From contig NIVC01001991.1 of the NCBI GenBank assembly GCA_002269645.1, forward strand, positions 45,569 to 109,568: a stretch of 64,000 nt of DNA. The letters are read 5' to 3'. Shown here one piece after another: positions 49,389 through 63,179 of this stretch (positions are counted from its first letter, which is position 1; each line of letters starts with the position of its first letter). The translations under genes and the position numbers were made by a program. The DNA is from Macrostomum lignano (Eukaryota). The notes beneath the pieces were generated by a model that searched no databases, was not told where the DNA came from, and was given only the letters and a program-made list of their open reading frames with translations.

Positions 49389-50479
49389 TCTATCATTCTG
49401 GTCAACAGTGGGTCAACGGACCTACACAAAAATACAGCGTACTCAACTGGAAACAACATTCACGTCGAGTTGTAGAAAACCTCAGATCCGATCAAACAAA
49501 ACGCGCGCAGAGGATTAAGCAAACTTAAAACAGAAAAAAATAAACGCCAAATACAGCAACAGACTTTGACTTTCAGGTTGCAACAAATATGCATAACAAT
49601 AAAATACCAAAAAACATATTCTCGCGAGAAAAAAATTAAAACACAGAAAAATAACCACAGACAATACCAATTCGTATCGAAAATATGCGATTGGACCAGA
49701 GGCAAACGGGAACCCAGAGCGAACAAAACACAACACAAAAAACACAGAATACTGAAAAGCAACCGGATTACACAATTATAAAATGTTTTATTGGCTCCAT
49801 CGACAGTGCATAGAAAACTGAGATGAATGGCTGAGCTGTGCCTCTCGTTTCTTAGAAAATATTTGAAGGCTGGTTTCACGCGATAAGCCTGTTCCATCGG
49901 ATTTTAGACTTGGCGACAACATAAGGATAAAAACTGCTTAAATGACGCCTTGTTGAGAAGCCTTGCCCGTCTGAACAAAAACAACAAATTAAATAAACAA
50001 ACAGAAAACACGTGACATACGAAAACAGAAAGAGCGATAGAGATGGAGAAAAACTCTGCAAATAATGGTGTATCAACGAGGAACAATTTGCAACAGAATA
50101 TTTTATTGATTTATGATGTGACTGACGGATACAACGAGTGCATTCTCTACAATCAATAAAATGTCATCAGAGGTGCATCTGTCAGCCTGAACACTAAAAT
50201 ACTTCTAATATCTATTATTGCATAATTTCAATAGTTGGGGACAAGTCCAGCACACAAAAACTTCGACCAGCTAAGAGAGCAGAGCAATGATATTTCAAAC
50301 TAGCGAATATCGATGATGAGAAATGCACAAAAACACAAAAACCTACAAGACCGGCACAAATGACGCCATTAAATGAATAAAACAATTAACTAAGCTTAAC
50401 TGACAACAGCATGCCGAGGTCTGAAACGGGTCTTCAATCTCACACTAACCTAGGCCAACCACTGACATAGGTCACGCTG

Positions 50480-51105
50480 CTAGGTCATGGATGGAGGGGG
50501 AGTTAGGTAAAGTCACGTCAGGGAGGTCACGCCAGGTCATAGAAGGCGTCATGTCAATGTCATAGGGGAGGTCACGCCAGGTCATAGGGGAGTTTATGTT
50601 AAGGTCATAGGGGAGATCATGTTAGGTCATAGGGAAGGTCATAGGGAGATCACCCCACGCTAGGTCATAAGGAAGGTCACACCAGGTCATAGGGAGATCA
50701 CGCCAGGTCATAGGGAAGATCACGCTAGGTCATAGAAGAGATCACCCCAGGTCATAGGGAAGGTCACGCCAGGTCATAGGGAAGGTCACGCCAGGTCATA
50801 GGGAAGGTCACGCCAGGTCATAGGGAAGGTCACGCCAGGTCATAGGGAAGGTCACGCCAGGTCATAGGGAAGGTCACGCTAGGTCATGGGGGAGGTCATC
50901 CCAGGTCATAGGGGAGATCACCCCAGGTCATAGGGGAGATCACCCCAGGTCATAGGGAAGGTCACGCCAGGTCATAGGGAAGGTCACGCCAGGTCATAGG
51001 GAAGGTCACGCCAGGTCATAGGGAAGGTCACGCCAGGTCATAGGGAAGGTCACGCCAGTCATAGGGAAGGTCACGCCAGGTCATAGGGAAGGTCATGCCA
51101 GGTCA
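50480..51105. repeat. 22-bp minisatellite in the FNDC3 3' UTR
   Basis: AGGTCATAGGGAAGGTCACGCC units, reaching the stop codon. Confidence 0.93.
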
Positions 51106-54100
51106 AGCCTCCAACACCAGATAATTGAGCAGCAGAGAAACAACGAGAGCCGTGACGCCGAATGCCGCGAGCAGCACGGCAGCCAGGCGCTGCTCCGACC
51201 AGCCGGCACCTCCGCGGCCGCCGATGGAATAGCGCAACGCAGACGACGAGGACGAGGACGACGAACCAGAAGACGCCGCAGTCGGGTTTGTCGACGAGGC
51301 CAAGACGGACCCAGCGCGAGTGATAAACACGACGCCTTGAGAGAAGGCGCCAATCAGCTCATCGCCGGTCTCCGAGCATCGACGGGCCGCGGCGACGCGC
51401 ACCTGGTACTCCGTGTTGGGGTTCAGGCAAGTCAGCTTGCAAGATTGGTCAGAGCCGCGGTACACCTGAAGGCAACGAGCGGAGAGGAACTGAGAGTGCT
51501 GACCAGTAAAAATCATAAGTAGGTTTGCAAAAAGTCAATCAGCCAGAGTCTAGCAACTAGAAAATCCGCCTAGCAACCAAACAATCCGCCTAGCAACTAA
51601 ACAATCCGCCTAGCAACCAGACAATCCGCCTAGCAACCAAACAATCCGCCTAGCAACTAAACAATCCGCCTAGCAACCAGACAATCCGCCTAGCAACCAG
51701 ACAATCCGCCTAGCAATCAAACAATCCGCCTAGCAACCAGACAATCCGCCTAGCAACCAGACAATCCGCCTAGCAACCAGACAATCCGCCTAGCAACTAA
51801 ACAATCCGCCTAGCAACCAGACAATCCGCCTAGCAACCAGACAATCCGCCTAGCAATCAGACTATCCGCCTAGCAACCAGACAATCCGCCTAGCAACCAG
51901 AAAATCCGCCTAGCAACCAGACAATCCGCCTAGCAATCAGACTATCCGCCTAGCAACCATACAATCCGCCTAGCAACCAGAAAATTCGTCTAGCAACCAG
52001 ACAATCCGCCTAGCAACCAGACGATCAGTATAGCAACCAGACAATCCGCCTAGCAACCCGACAGTCCATCTAGCAACCAGACAGATAATCCCCTTAGCAA
52101 CGAAGCAATCACTTAAGTTACTCCTAAGCAATACTAACCTGTCTATAGTCGGAGTCTCTCTCGTTAACAGCCAGCAATTGCAGCACGTAGACGATGCTGT
52201 CCCGACCCATAGGTCGCAGGCCGGCCCAGTCGACCCTGCAGCTGTCCTGGGTCAGCTCGGATAGTCGTGGCGGCTTCATCGCAGGCGGATGCGCCTTGCC
52301 AGTTGAGAAGCAAAATGGACTGGAGTAGGGGCCTGAGCCGGCCTCGTTAGTGGCTCGGATGCGGAAGTAATAGTCGGTGAGCTCGGCCAGGCGGGTGAGG
52401 CGGGTGCTGTGCGAGCTGCCCTGGTACACCACCTGCCAACCCGAGTCCACGGAACTGGCCGCCATTTCGATCTGAAGTGAAAAGTGGATTGGTGAACTAG
52501 CGAATAGGCTGTGAATGCTGAAAATTGGTGAATAAGTGAGGAGGATGTGAATGCTGAAAATTGGTGAATAAGTGAGGAGGCTGTGAATGCTGAAAATTGG
52601 TGAATAAGTGAGGAGGCTGTGAATGCTGAAAATTGGTGAATAAGTGAGGAGGCTGTGAATGCTGAAAATTGGTGAATAAGTCAGGAGGCTGTGAATGCTG
52701 AAAATTGGTGAATAAGTGAGGAGGCTGTGAATGCTGAAAATTGGTGAATAAGTGAGGAGGATGTGAATGCTGAAAATTGGTGAATAAGTGAGGAGGATGT
52801 GAATGCTGAAAATTGGTGAATAAGTGAGGAGGCTGTGAATGCTGAAAATTGGTGAATAAGTGAGGAGGCTGTGAATGCTGAAAATTGGTGAATAAGTGAG
52901 GAGGCTGTGAATGGTGCTGCATCTTGGTGAGTAAGTGAGCAGGAAGTGAATGGTGCCGCATCTTGGTGAGTAAGTGAGCAGGAAGTGAATGGTGCCGCAT
53001 CTTGGTGAATAAGTGAGCAGGAAGTGAATGGTGCCGCATCTTGGTGAATAAGTGAGCAGGAAGTGAATGGTGCCGCATCTTGGTGAATAAGTGAGCAGGA
53101 AGTGAATGGTGCTGCATCTTGGTGAATAAGTGAGCAGGAAGTGAATGGTGCCGCATCTTGGTGAATAAGTGAGCAGGAAGTGAATGGTGCTGCATCTTGG
53201 TGAATAAGTGAGCAGGAAGTGAATGGTGCCGCATCTTGGTGAATAAGTGAGCAGGAAGTGAATGGTGCTGCATCTTGGTGAATAAGTGAACAGGAAGTGA
53301 ATGGTGTTGCATCTTGGTGAATAAGTGAGCTGGAAGTGAATGGTGCTGCATCTTGGTGAATAAGTGAGCAGGAAGTGAATGGTGCTGCATCTTGGTGAAT
53401 AAGTGAGCAGGAAGTGAATGGTGCCGCATCTTGGTGAATAAGTGAGCAGGAAGTGAATGGTGCTGCATCTTGGTGAATAAGTGAGCTGGAAGTGAATGGT
53501 GCCGCATCTTGGTGAATAAGTGAGCAGGAAGTGAATGCCGCATCTTGGTGAATAAGTGAGCTGGAAGTGAATGGTGCCGCATCTTGGTGAATAAGTGAGC
53601 AGGAAGTGAATGGTGCCGCATCTTGGTGAATAAGTGAGCAGGAAGTGAATGGTGCTGCATCTTGGTGAGTAAGTGAGCAGGAAGTGAATGGTGCCGCATC
53701 TTGGTGAATAAGTGAGCAGGAAGTGAATGGTGCTGCATCTTGGTGAATAAGTGAGCAGGAAGTGAATGGTGCCGCATCTTGGTGAATAAGTGAGCAGGAA
53801 GTGAATGGTGCTGCATCTTGGTGAATAAGTGAGCAGGAAGTGAATGGTGCCGCATCTTGGTGAATAAGTGAACAGGAAGTGAATGGTGTTGCATCTTGGT
53901 GAATAAGTGAGCAGGAAGTGAATGGTGCCGCATCTTGGTGAATAAGTGAGCAGGAAGTGAATGGTGCCGCATCTTGGTGAATAAGTGAGCAGGAAGTGAA
54001 TGGTGCTGCATCTTGGTGAATAAGTGAGCAGGAAGTGAATGGTGCCGCATCTTGGTGAATGTATCATTTAACGAAGGCAGTTGTGACAGTGTAGAGCTAG

Positions 54101-57100
54101 CACAGCAAAATGGACTGAATGAATGTTTCGAAAAGAAAAGCACAGGTCTAGCAGCGACTGCAGTGAGCATTTAGCTTAAGAAGGTAATTAAGGCCGCGAA
54201 CTGCGTCTAAACTGCTAGCTATAAATTAATTGCAAAGATAAAAGGCTAGCAAGAGACAAGGAGAAACAGGGATTTCGCCTCCCCTTTTGCCTGTGTGTCA
54301 GCTAAAAAGGGCTTAAAGCCCTATGATTAGGCCGTCAGGAGAGGGTGGAAACAAAAGCAAATTACAATATGCGGACAGGCAGGACTGCATGGAGGGGGGT
54401 CAGGGGAAGCATAAGCGTCTGACAGCAGCTCGCATTATAACATTATTTTCGGCTGTCCTTTTTGTCCATGCCTCAGGGGGATGCGAGGGGAATGTCTGAA
54501 CAATCTGTGCGGCAAAATGTTGCTCAATTATCCCCAGTCTGCGAATCCCAGAATACTGTGGGATGTTAGTCTGCTTGGCAGGGGAAAATAAAACTAATTA
54601 AAGAAAATGACAGACCCCTGCACCCGCCAACTTTTAAAGGCATAATTTGCTGAGAACATCGCCAAGTCAGTTTGAGATGGACTGCTGACGCAAATGCCAT
54701 AATTCACGCCAGATAAACAAAGCTAATGAGTCACGGGGCCGGGTTCAGCCCAGCCCAACACCGGCTAGAATATACCCTGCCTTCTCTGTCCGGACTTGTC
54801 CTCTTGCACTGAAACCCTAGGGGTCCTTGCACTGAAACACTAAATGTCCTTGTACTGAAACACTAGGAAGGGTCCTTGGACTGAAACACTAGTAAGGGTC
54901 CTTGTACTGAAACACTAGTAAGGGTCCTTGGACTGAAACACTAGTAAGGGTCCTTGTACTGAAACACTAGGAAGGGTCCTTGGACTGAAACGCTAGGAAG
55001 GGTCCTTGGACTGAAACACTAGGAAGGGTCCTTGTACTGAAACACTAGGAAGGGTCCTTGGACTGAAACACTAGGAAGGGTCCTTGGACTGAAACACTAG
55101 GGGTCCTTATATTGTAGCACTAAAGGTAATTGTACTGAAACACTAGGGGTCCTTGCACTGAAGCACTAGTAAGGGTCCTTGTACTGGACTAACAGGGGTC
55201 CTTGAAGTGGACTAGCGTTGATCCACTTGTAGCGGAGCAGCGGTCACACAGTAGGCATTGACAACACTGCAGACCGTACAAAGCGCCAGTACCACCCTAC
55301 CTGGTACTGCAACAGATCAGCGTTTCGCCCGTCGCCCCAGCGCAGCTTCAGCGAAGTGGCCTGATTGTGCACGCACTCGATGCGCGGCGGGTTAGGCGGC
55401 AGCGAGCCGGTGACCACACGCAACGGCGCGGAATATGGGCCTGGGCCCACGGCGTTGCAAGCGCGCACTCGGACCTGAATTAGGAGGGAAGGGATGCCAT
55501 TTTATTACTTCATTGTTTCACTTCGCTGATCTTCTACTTGCAGTAGGACTCTGCGTAAATGATTCCAATGATAAAGCTCAATGTGAGTCATTGATATTCT
55601 AAACTCAATTTGAGTCACTGAGATTCTAAACTCAATGTGAGTCACTGAGATTCTAAACTCAATGTGAGTCATTGAGATTCTAAACTCAATTTGAGTCACT
55701 GAGATTCTTAACTCAATGTGAGTCACTGAGATTCTAAACTCAATGTGAGTCATTGAGATTCTAAACTCAATTTGAGTCACTGAGATTCTTAACTCAATGT
55801 GAGTCACTGAGATTCTAAACTCAATGTGATTCACTGAGATTCTAAACTCAATGTGAGTCACTGAGATTCTAAACTCAATGTGAGTCATTGAGATTCTAAA
55901 CTCAATTTGAGTCACTGAGATTCTTAACTCAATGTGAGTCACTGAGATTCTAAACTCAATGTGAGTCATTGAGATTCTAAACTCAATTTGAGTCACTGAG
56001 ATTCTTAACTCAATGTGAGTCACTGAGATTCTAAACTCAATGTGATTCACTGAGATTCTAAACTCAATGTGAGTCACTGAGATTCTAAACTCAATGTGAG
56101 TCATTGAGATTCTAAACTCAATTTGAGTCACTGAGATTCTTAACTCAATGTGAGTCACTGAGATTCTAAACTCAATGTGAGTCACTGAGATTCTAAACTC
56201 AATGTGAGTCATTGAGATTCTAAACTCAATTTGAGTCACTGAGATTCTTAACTCAATGTGAGTCACTGAGATTCTAAACTCAATGTGATTCACTGAGATT
56301 CTAAACTCAATGTGAGTCACTGAGATTCTAAACTCAATGTGAGTCACTAAGATTCCGAACTCAACGAAAGTCACTGAGATGCCAAACTCATTGTGAGTCA
56401 CTGAGATAGTAAACTAAGATTCTAACAAATATCTTACTAAACCGGATGAACAAATGAAAACAGGAGCAATGAATATCGATCATGAATCATGCATAGCTTT
56501 AAGCGAGGGGCTGTTGGGAATGAGAGCAACTCATAACATAAAAATATGCACACCTTGTACTGAGTGTCGGGCTGCAGATCGGGCACAGTGAGCTCAGTCT
56601 CATCTGGGCCCAATTGCACAGGCGGCTTCTCGTTAACGCACACCGAGTAGCCGCTAATCTCCGAGCCATTGTCGCTTGGCGCGGACCAACTCACTGCTAG
56701 AGACGTGGCCTGCGCCACAGCTCGAAGGCCTTGAACAGCGTCTGGGGAGCTGGGCGGCGTGGCTGCTCGGTCGGCAACGAGAACTGGCCGGCGCCCGCGC
56801 TGTTGACAGCCTGGAAACAGTCAGGTAGGGGGGGGGAAATTCGTCACGACAATTACCCTGACTTGATTAGTGTTGTCCCTATGAGGGCCAACCCCAGGCC
56901 GCAGAGGGTGTACATGCCTGACGATTAAGAAAGCCGGAGCCGTTGTACACCCTTGAATCTTCAGCGATTCGTAATCGAAAGTGTTGGCACTGCTGCAAGT
57001 TAAGCAGAATCGTCCATGGTTAGGGACCGCTGCACACCTTGGCAGCAGTGACTACCTTGCAGTTAATCAGGCGTATTTCCTAATCTAGCTAGTCTTCGAT

Positions 57101-60100
57101 TTCTAGTCATAAAGCTCTCAACTGGCATCAAAGAACAGTAATAAATCTAGCTAGAAGTGAAGCACGAACCTGAACTCGAAAGCTATAAATAGTGGCTGGC
57201 TGAAGATTCTTCGCCTCGTAGTGTAAAGCATCGCCGGTGTACAGCTGAAATTTGGAACAGTGATGGGCATCATTTCAATTTTTAGTGCCTAGTAGTAATT
57301 TAGTATGCAATATGATTTGGCTCCAGTCCAGTTTTACAACCGCAACACATCCCTACAACAGCTAAACCCAGCCGTCAAAAGTTTGAGTAGATGTCAGTTT
57401 ATTTGAGTCGGCACCATTTTATTTGAGTGGCGCCAGCATCAGGGATGCCAGCACCAGGGGCGCCAGCACCAGGGGCGCCAGCACCAGGGGCGCCAGCACC
57501 AGGGGCGCCAGCACCAGGGGCGCCAGCACCAGGGGCGCCAGCACCAGGGGCGCCAGCACCAGGGGCGCCAGCACCAGGGGCGCCAGCACCAGGGGCGCCA
57601 GCACCAGGGGCGCCAGCACCAGGGGCGCCAGCACCAGGGGCGCCAGCACCAGGGGCGCCAGCACCAGGGGCGCCAGCACCAGGGGCGCCAGCACCAGGGG
57701 CGCCAGCACCAGGGGCGCCAGCACCAGGGGCGCCAGCACCAGGGGCGCCAGCACCAGGGGCGCCAGCACCAGGGGCGCCAGCACCAGGGGCGCCAGCACC
57801 AGGGGCGCCAGCACCAGGGGCGCCAGCACCAGGGGCGCCAGCACCAGGGGCGCCAGCACCAGGGGCGCCAGCACCAGGGGCGCCAGCACCAGGGGCGCCA
57901 GCACCAGGGGCGCCAGCACCAGGGGCGCCAGCACTAGGGGCGCCAGCATCAGGGGCGCCAGCACCAGGGGCGCCAGCACCAGGGGCGCCAGCATCAGGGG
58001 CGCCAGCGTGAGACTTAAGGGGCATTTAGCTGTTGATGAGCTGCATAGATTTCTAAATTTGGTTATTCTAAATTTTACAACTTCTTTGATATCCTAGTGC
58101 TACTACTAATAGTAGAAAACGGCTTGTTAACGGTTATTTTATCAAAAAACGTTATCTCGTATAAACACCTAAATGGCTCGCCTACCAGTGCTAATAACAG
58201 TTTTTTTTACCTGCTAACGTTCGGTAAAATGAGGAGCTAAATAGACCCTATTAGACGCTTACCGCCGATGATAATTCGTAGTGAAAGTGAAGTTAGCATT
58301 AGCAGCACTGGCGCTGCTGAGGGAAACGCTACGGGGATCTGGGTATGAGGAAACCAAGACTAATTGGCTGGCAGGTATTAATAATACATACACCATACGA
58401 ATATAGAGTCAAGGCTGCCGGGGGAGGGGAATGAGAAGGGGATGAAGTGGTGGTCGACAGGACACGCGGGATCCGAGTGCTTCTATATCCGAATATTACT
58501 GCTTCAGCTGTCGCCACTACACGAGAGGCAGACACGGCCGAGGGGTCGGAGATTCCGGGAAAGAGAGGGCAAGAGGCCAGCTGCAATCTCCCACTAACGC
58601 TGGGCCAAGTCTTGTCCCGCCTTCTCCATTAACTCTCGATATCCTTTCGATACACACACAGAGAATAGAAATGGGACAGCTAGAAGCAATTTACCCGGCT
58701 TAAGAAATATATCTCAAAATAATCTTAGCATCTCCGCTAGGGCCAGAGACAGACACTGTCAGAGATCTCGCACTGGACCGGAGCAGTGAAGCCAAGGACT
58801 CAACCCAATGTCTAGATGAAGCTTGCTCTGTATCCTAGGGTTAACACCACATGAAGGATTAGGGAAGGGATAAGCGCCACTTGAAGATTAGAGAAGTGAG
58901 AGCTGGATTAAGAAGCAAGGTGTACTACTAATTAAAGAACTCTGATAGTCCACCAGCTGGAAGGCTAGCGGGCCCATTTCTAGCAACTATCCCCACCAGA
59001 AAAATCCCTCAAATTGCAGGTTCGAACACCCACCAGCGCGAAGTCAGCGCCGGGCCGCGGCTGCCATTCGAGGCGATACTCGGAGACGACGGCGCCCCTA
59101 CAAGGCGGACTAGTCCAGGCCACTGAGGCCGTGTGCGGAGAGCGGCAGGAAACAATTGGCGCCGGGGGCGCGTCCGGCACGCCGGGGGCGCTGGCTACGC
59201 GCAGCGGCTCTGACCAGGCGCCGGAGCCGGCCCGATTATTGGCGCGCAATCTGAATGCGTAGGCGTGGCCGGGCACCAGACCCGTGACTGAGCACTCTAG
59301 AGCGGCGCCTTTGTACACCTGTGGAGAGCAGTGCGCGAGGATGCTTTTCAGAATCCAAACAAAACTTTTCAGCTAGTCAGCTTAGCATCTCTGTACTTAT
59401 GATTGCTAGTTAGGAACAGCGAGGACCATGGCCCTATCGGGTCATGGCTGTTTTGCCAAGCGTTGCTAAATCATCCTTACATTCTGCCTCTCCGGTGTCG
59501 AGAATGCGGAGCAGTTCATCTGTGAATGCCCCCCCCCTAGCCTTTACTCAGGACAGGCTCACCTACGTCGGCCCAAACCCGCACCTCTCCGTCTTCAGGC
59601 CCCGAGAATCTCTGCCAGCTCGTCCGCTACCCAAGGGCTACCGGGCGAGGAACCATCCACCTCCCGGATCTCCCTGCACGACACAGCAAAACCAGCTGCT
59701 CGCAGTCGCCAGGGATTATCGGAATGGGCGGCGACGCCTCCCCGCTGTATACAGACGCCCGGAAACCCCTTTCCAGCTCAGACAGACTCTGCCAGATAAT
59801 CTAGCCAAAGGACACACGCAAGCGACACACGCACCTGCCGAGTGACGGGTTCCAAATATTGCTGCTGCTGCTGTTGCTTGTCAGTATCGCCTGACAGGCC
59901 GCCTCCAGCTTCGGCATCTGGCAATCCGGCTTCAGCCGGTCCCAAACAGTCCATGCACACTTCATAGCCGGTGATCTCGGCGCCGCCAGTGTACCTGGGC
60001 GGCGACCAGGCCAAGCAGAGCAGAGCCGCTCTAGGCCGGCCTTGAAGACGCGGCGGTGCCGGAGCGTCTGGCGCTACAGGTGCGGTGACAACCGTCAGGG

Positions 60101-61710
60101 GCTCGCTGGCTGGGGACAGGCCCGCGCTAGACCGCGCCTGCACTGTGGCCAAGTAGCTGCAGCCGGGCTCCAGGCCTTGGACAGTGAACTCGCGCTGTTC
60201 TGGCGGCACTGAATCTGCCAGCACGCCGCCTGGCTCGATTGCAACCTGATGAGGATTAACGGTGATTAGGAGGGGTAGGAAAACTATTGTTGGTGATCAC
60301 AAATTTACTTTTATTAGATTTTATCGCTGGTTTAAATCTTCGATAGACGTAGACTGGATTGTCTATGTTCACTAGATTGTCGATGGTCACTAGATTGTCT
60401 ATAGTCACTAGATTGTCTATGGTCACTAGATTGTCGATGGTCACTAGATTGTCTATGGTCACAAGATTGTCTATGGTAACTAGATTGTCTATGGTCACAA
60501 GATTGTCTATGGTCACTAGATTGTCTATGGTCACAAGATTGTCTATGGTCACAAGATTGTCTATGGTCACTAGATTGTCTATGGTCACAAGATTGTCTAT
60601 GGTCACTAGATTGTCTATGGTCACAAGATTGTCTATGGTCACTAGATTGTCTATGGTCACAAGATTGTCTATGGTCACTAGATTGTCTATGGTCACAAGA
60701 TTGTCTATGGTAATTACTCGTAGTTTATCTATGGCTAGGGCCGATACGAGCATATCTGTAATCAGCTAGATCACTAAATAGAAGCCGCTAGATCGCTAGA
60801 CAGAAGCCGCTAGATCGCTAGACAGAAGCCGCTAGATCGCTAAACAGAAGCCGCTAGATCGCTAGACAGAAGCCGCTAGATCGCTAAACAGATGTCGCTA
60901 GATCGCTAAACAGAAGCCGCTAGATCGATAAACAGAAGCCGCTAGATCGCTAAACAGAAGCCGCTAGATCGATAAACAGAAGCCGCTAGATCGCTAAACA
61001 GAAGCCGCTAGATCGCTAAACAGAAGCCGCTAGATCGATAAACAGAAGCCGCTAGATTGCTAAACAGAAGCCGCTAGATAAACAGAAGCCGCTAGATTGC
61101 TAAACAGAAGCCGCTAGATTGCTAAACAGAAGCGCTAGTATTCGATAGATAGAAAGCAACGCACCTGATAAGCCAGCAGCGGCATTCCGCCATCGTCGCT
61201 TGGCGCCTCCCAAGCCAGTCGGAACGAGTTCGGCCGCGGCTGTCCGCGCAGGGTCGGCCGGTCGGGCGCCTGGGCTTGTCCGGCAGGGTGGCGTAGGCCG
61301 CCTCGGCGCTCCACTTGGATGCGCCGTCATCGTTGATGGCCTGCAGCCGGAATCGGTACTCGGTGTTCCTGCGCAGATGCGACACCCGGTGGCTGAGCTC
61401 CGGCCCGCTGTACACCGTCATGAAGCCGTGCCGGTGATTCACTGCAGTACGAATTCGTCCTCGAGACAGCGGCTGCTGGCCGGACTGCCAGGCCACAGTA
61501 AGGAGCGGACGCCCCGCTGCGCCAAGCTGGCGGATCTGCTGCGCGGCGCTGCCCGGCTGGTTGCCATGTCAACAATGGCTGAATAATCTCCAACGCCTTT
61601 AGAATTAACCGCGGCAACGCGCAGGCTATAGAGGGTATTAGGCGATAGTTTTGTTAGCTTAAATTGGCGCTGAGCGCCGCGATACACCTCGGCGAAGTCC
61701 GGCGCCGAGA
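51103..61710 (-). CDS. FNDC3A: Fibronectin type III domain-containing protein 3 (FNDC3A/B-like), 3' portion; 5' exons lie upstream
   Basis: Exons 61165-61710, 59835-60245, 59034-59318, 57170-57244, 56554-56810, 55301-55474, 52139-52471 and 51103-51465. Tandem FN3 repeats end in the tail-anchor EQRLAAVLLAAFGVTALVVSLLLNYLVLEA*, as in FNDC3 proteins. Two exons carry frameshifts. A versus B paralogy cannot be resolved. Confidence 0.82.
51555..52085. repeat. 20-bp intronic minisatellite
   Basis: ACAATCCGCCTAGCAACCAG units. Confidence 0.95.
52503..54060. repeat. 36-bp then 39-bp intronic minisatellite
   Basis: GAATGCTGAAAATTGGTGAATAAGTGAGGAGGCTGT to about 52910, then GAATGGTGCCGCATCTTGGTGAATAAGTGAGCAGGAAGT. 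Confidence 0.95.
54805..55200. repeat. About 29-bp intronic minisatellite
   Basis: GAAACACTAGGAAGGGTCCTTG(G/T)ACT units. Confidence 0.9.
55575..56408. repeat. 27-bp intronic minisatellite
   Basis: GAGATTCTAAACTCAATGTGAGTCACT units. Confidence 0.95.
57428..58007. repeat. 15-bp near-perfect intronic minisatellite
   Basis: GCGCCAGCACCAGGG units. Confidence 0.97.
60355..61135. repeat. 18-bp and 22-bp minisatellites in one FNDC3 intron
   Basis: TAGATTGTCTATGGTCAC (60355-60712) and AAACAGAAGCCGCTAGATCGCT (60778-61135). Confidence 0.93.
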
Positions 61711-61844
61711 CTGAAACGATGAGAAGCGGGCGGCAACAGATTGATTGCATCTTCATCTATTATTAGAGGTTATGGTTCATAACGCAAGGCAATTAAATCC
61801 TTAAAGATGAGGTTGACCGTATAAAAATAGGCGTCGACTTAAAG

Positions 61845-62392
61845 TCTCTAACAGGGGGCGCCGATATCTGTAACAGGGGCGCCGATATCTAACAGGAGGC
61901 GCCGACATCTGTAACAGGGAGCGCCGATATCTGTAACAGGGGAGCGCCGATATCTGTAACTGGGGTCTATATCTGTAACAGGGAGGCGCCGATATCTGTA
62001 ACAGGGGGGTCTATATCTGTAGCAGGGAGGCGCCGATATCTGCAACAGGAGGCGCCGATATCTGTAACAGGGCGCCGATATCTCTAACAGGGGCGCCGAT
62101 ATCTGTAACAGGGAGGCGCCGATATCTGTAACAGGGAGGCGCCGATATCTGTAACAGGAGGCGCCGATATCTGTAACAGGGGAGCGCCGATATCTATAAC
62201 AGGGGGCGCCGATATCTGTAACAGGGAGGCGCCGATATCTGTAACAGGGAGCCCGATATCTATAACAGGGGGCGCCGATATCTGTAACAGAGGGCGCCGA
62301 TATCTCTAACAGGGGGCGTTGATATATGTATCAGAGGGCGCCGATATCTGTATCAGAGCGCCGATATCTGTAACAGAGGCGCCGATATCTAG
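61845..62392. repeat. About 21-23-bp minisatellite
   Basis: GGCGCCGATATCTGTAACAGG(G/A) units. Confidence 0.92.
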
Positions 62393-63179
62393 GAGGCAGT
62401 AAACTGCAGGCTAGTAGCAAATAGTGAGCTAGAATCTTTACAGAGGATCAAAGAAAGGCGACAAAATCAGAGAAAGGCGCCAAAATCAAAGAAGGCACAA
62501 AAATGAGAAAAGGGCGCCAAACTCGGAAAAAGGAAGACGCCAACTCAGAGAAAGGCGCCAAATATCTTGTTTATCCACCTGCACCCTCAAAAGTTCAGTC
62601 GCACCTGAACCATAGTGAATCTCTTTCATTCGCATATTATGAAACCGAATCAGAAATTCCCACCCCCCCATAAAAAACCGACCGAGTATGTCCGGCCCCG
62701 AATTCCATCCGCATTCGCACCCGCGCACGCTTATCATATCCGTGGTAAAAGAAGGAAACAAACAAAACAAAATCCCACACGCTACAGACTCAAAGAAAAA
62801 CCCCAGTCTATGCTGCAAATGAATGGAGACACAAAAAAACGGCCTGTAATCGTCTGTGCTGCTTTTTTATGGCAAAAGCGCTGCTCCTGGTGATAAAATC
62901 ATTCTTGATTTTCTGCTCTCAATCTGTGAAAATATCTGGTCAGGTGCTCCAGCAACTCAGTAGCGAAATTTTTTTACCGAAATTATTCCTACTACTCAAA
63001 CAAGTGCTGCTTCTCAAAGAAGAGTTCTATGAAACTTACTTCTAAGACGTTACTTTAGTTCTCCAGGTTTTAAGATTCCACCTCGAAATTCCCCTAAGTC
63101 TAAGGAAATTCTCCTGAAATACCCACGGCCACAGTCTGAAGATTATCTCCTAATTTCTCCAAGCCCCATAAGTCTTGCC

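Noticed and set aside
52124-54170. 647-aa and 557-aa repetitive ORFs, one fused to an FN3 exon
   Set aside because: They are translations of the 36/39-bp intronic array. A good acceptor (CACTTCAG) at 52472 explains the real exon, and nothing supports coding use of the repeats.
57399-58097. Collagen/elastin-like GAPGA, APG and RGAST ORFs
   Set aside because: Open in several frames on both strands because a 15-bp stop-free repeat lies in an FNDC3 intron; not a gene.
62486-62893. Further FNDC3 exons or a new gene
   Set aside because: No FN3 motifs or coherent splice sites recognised in the short ORFs.
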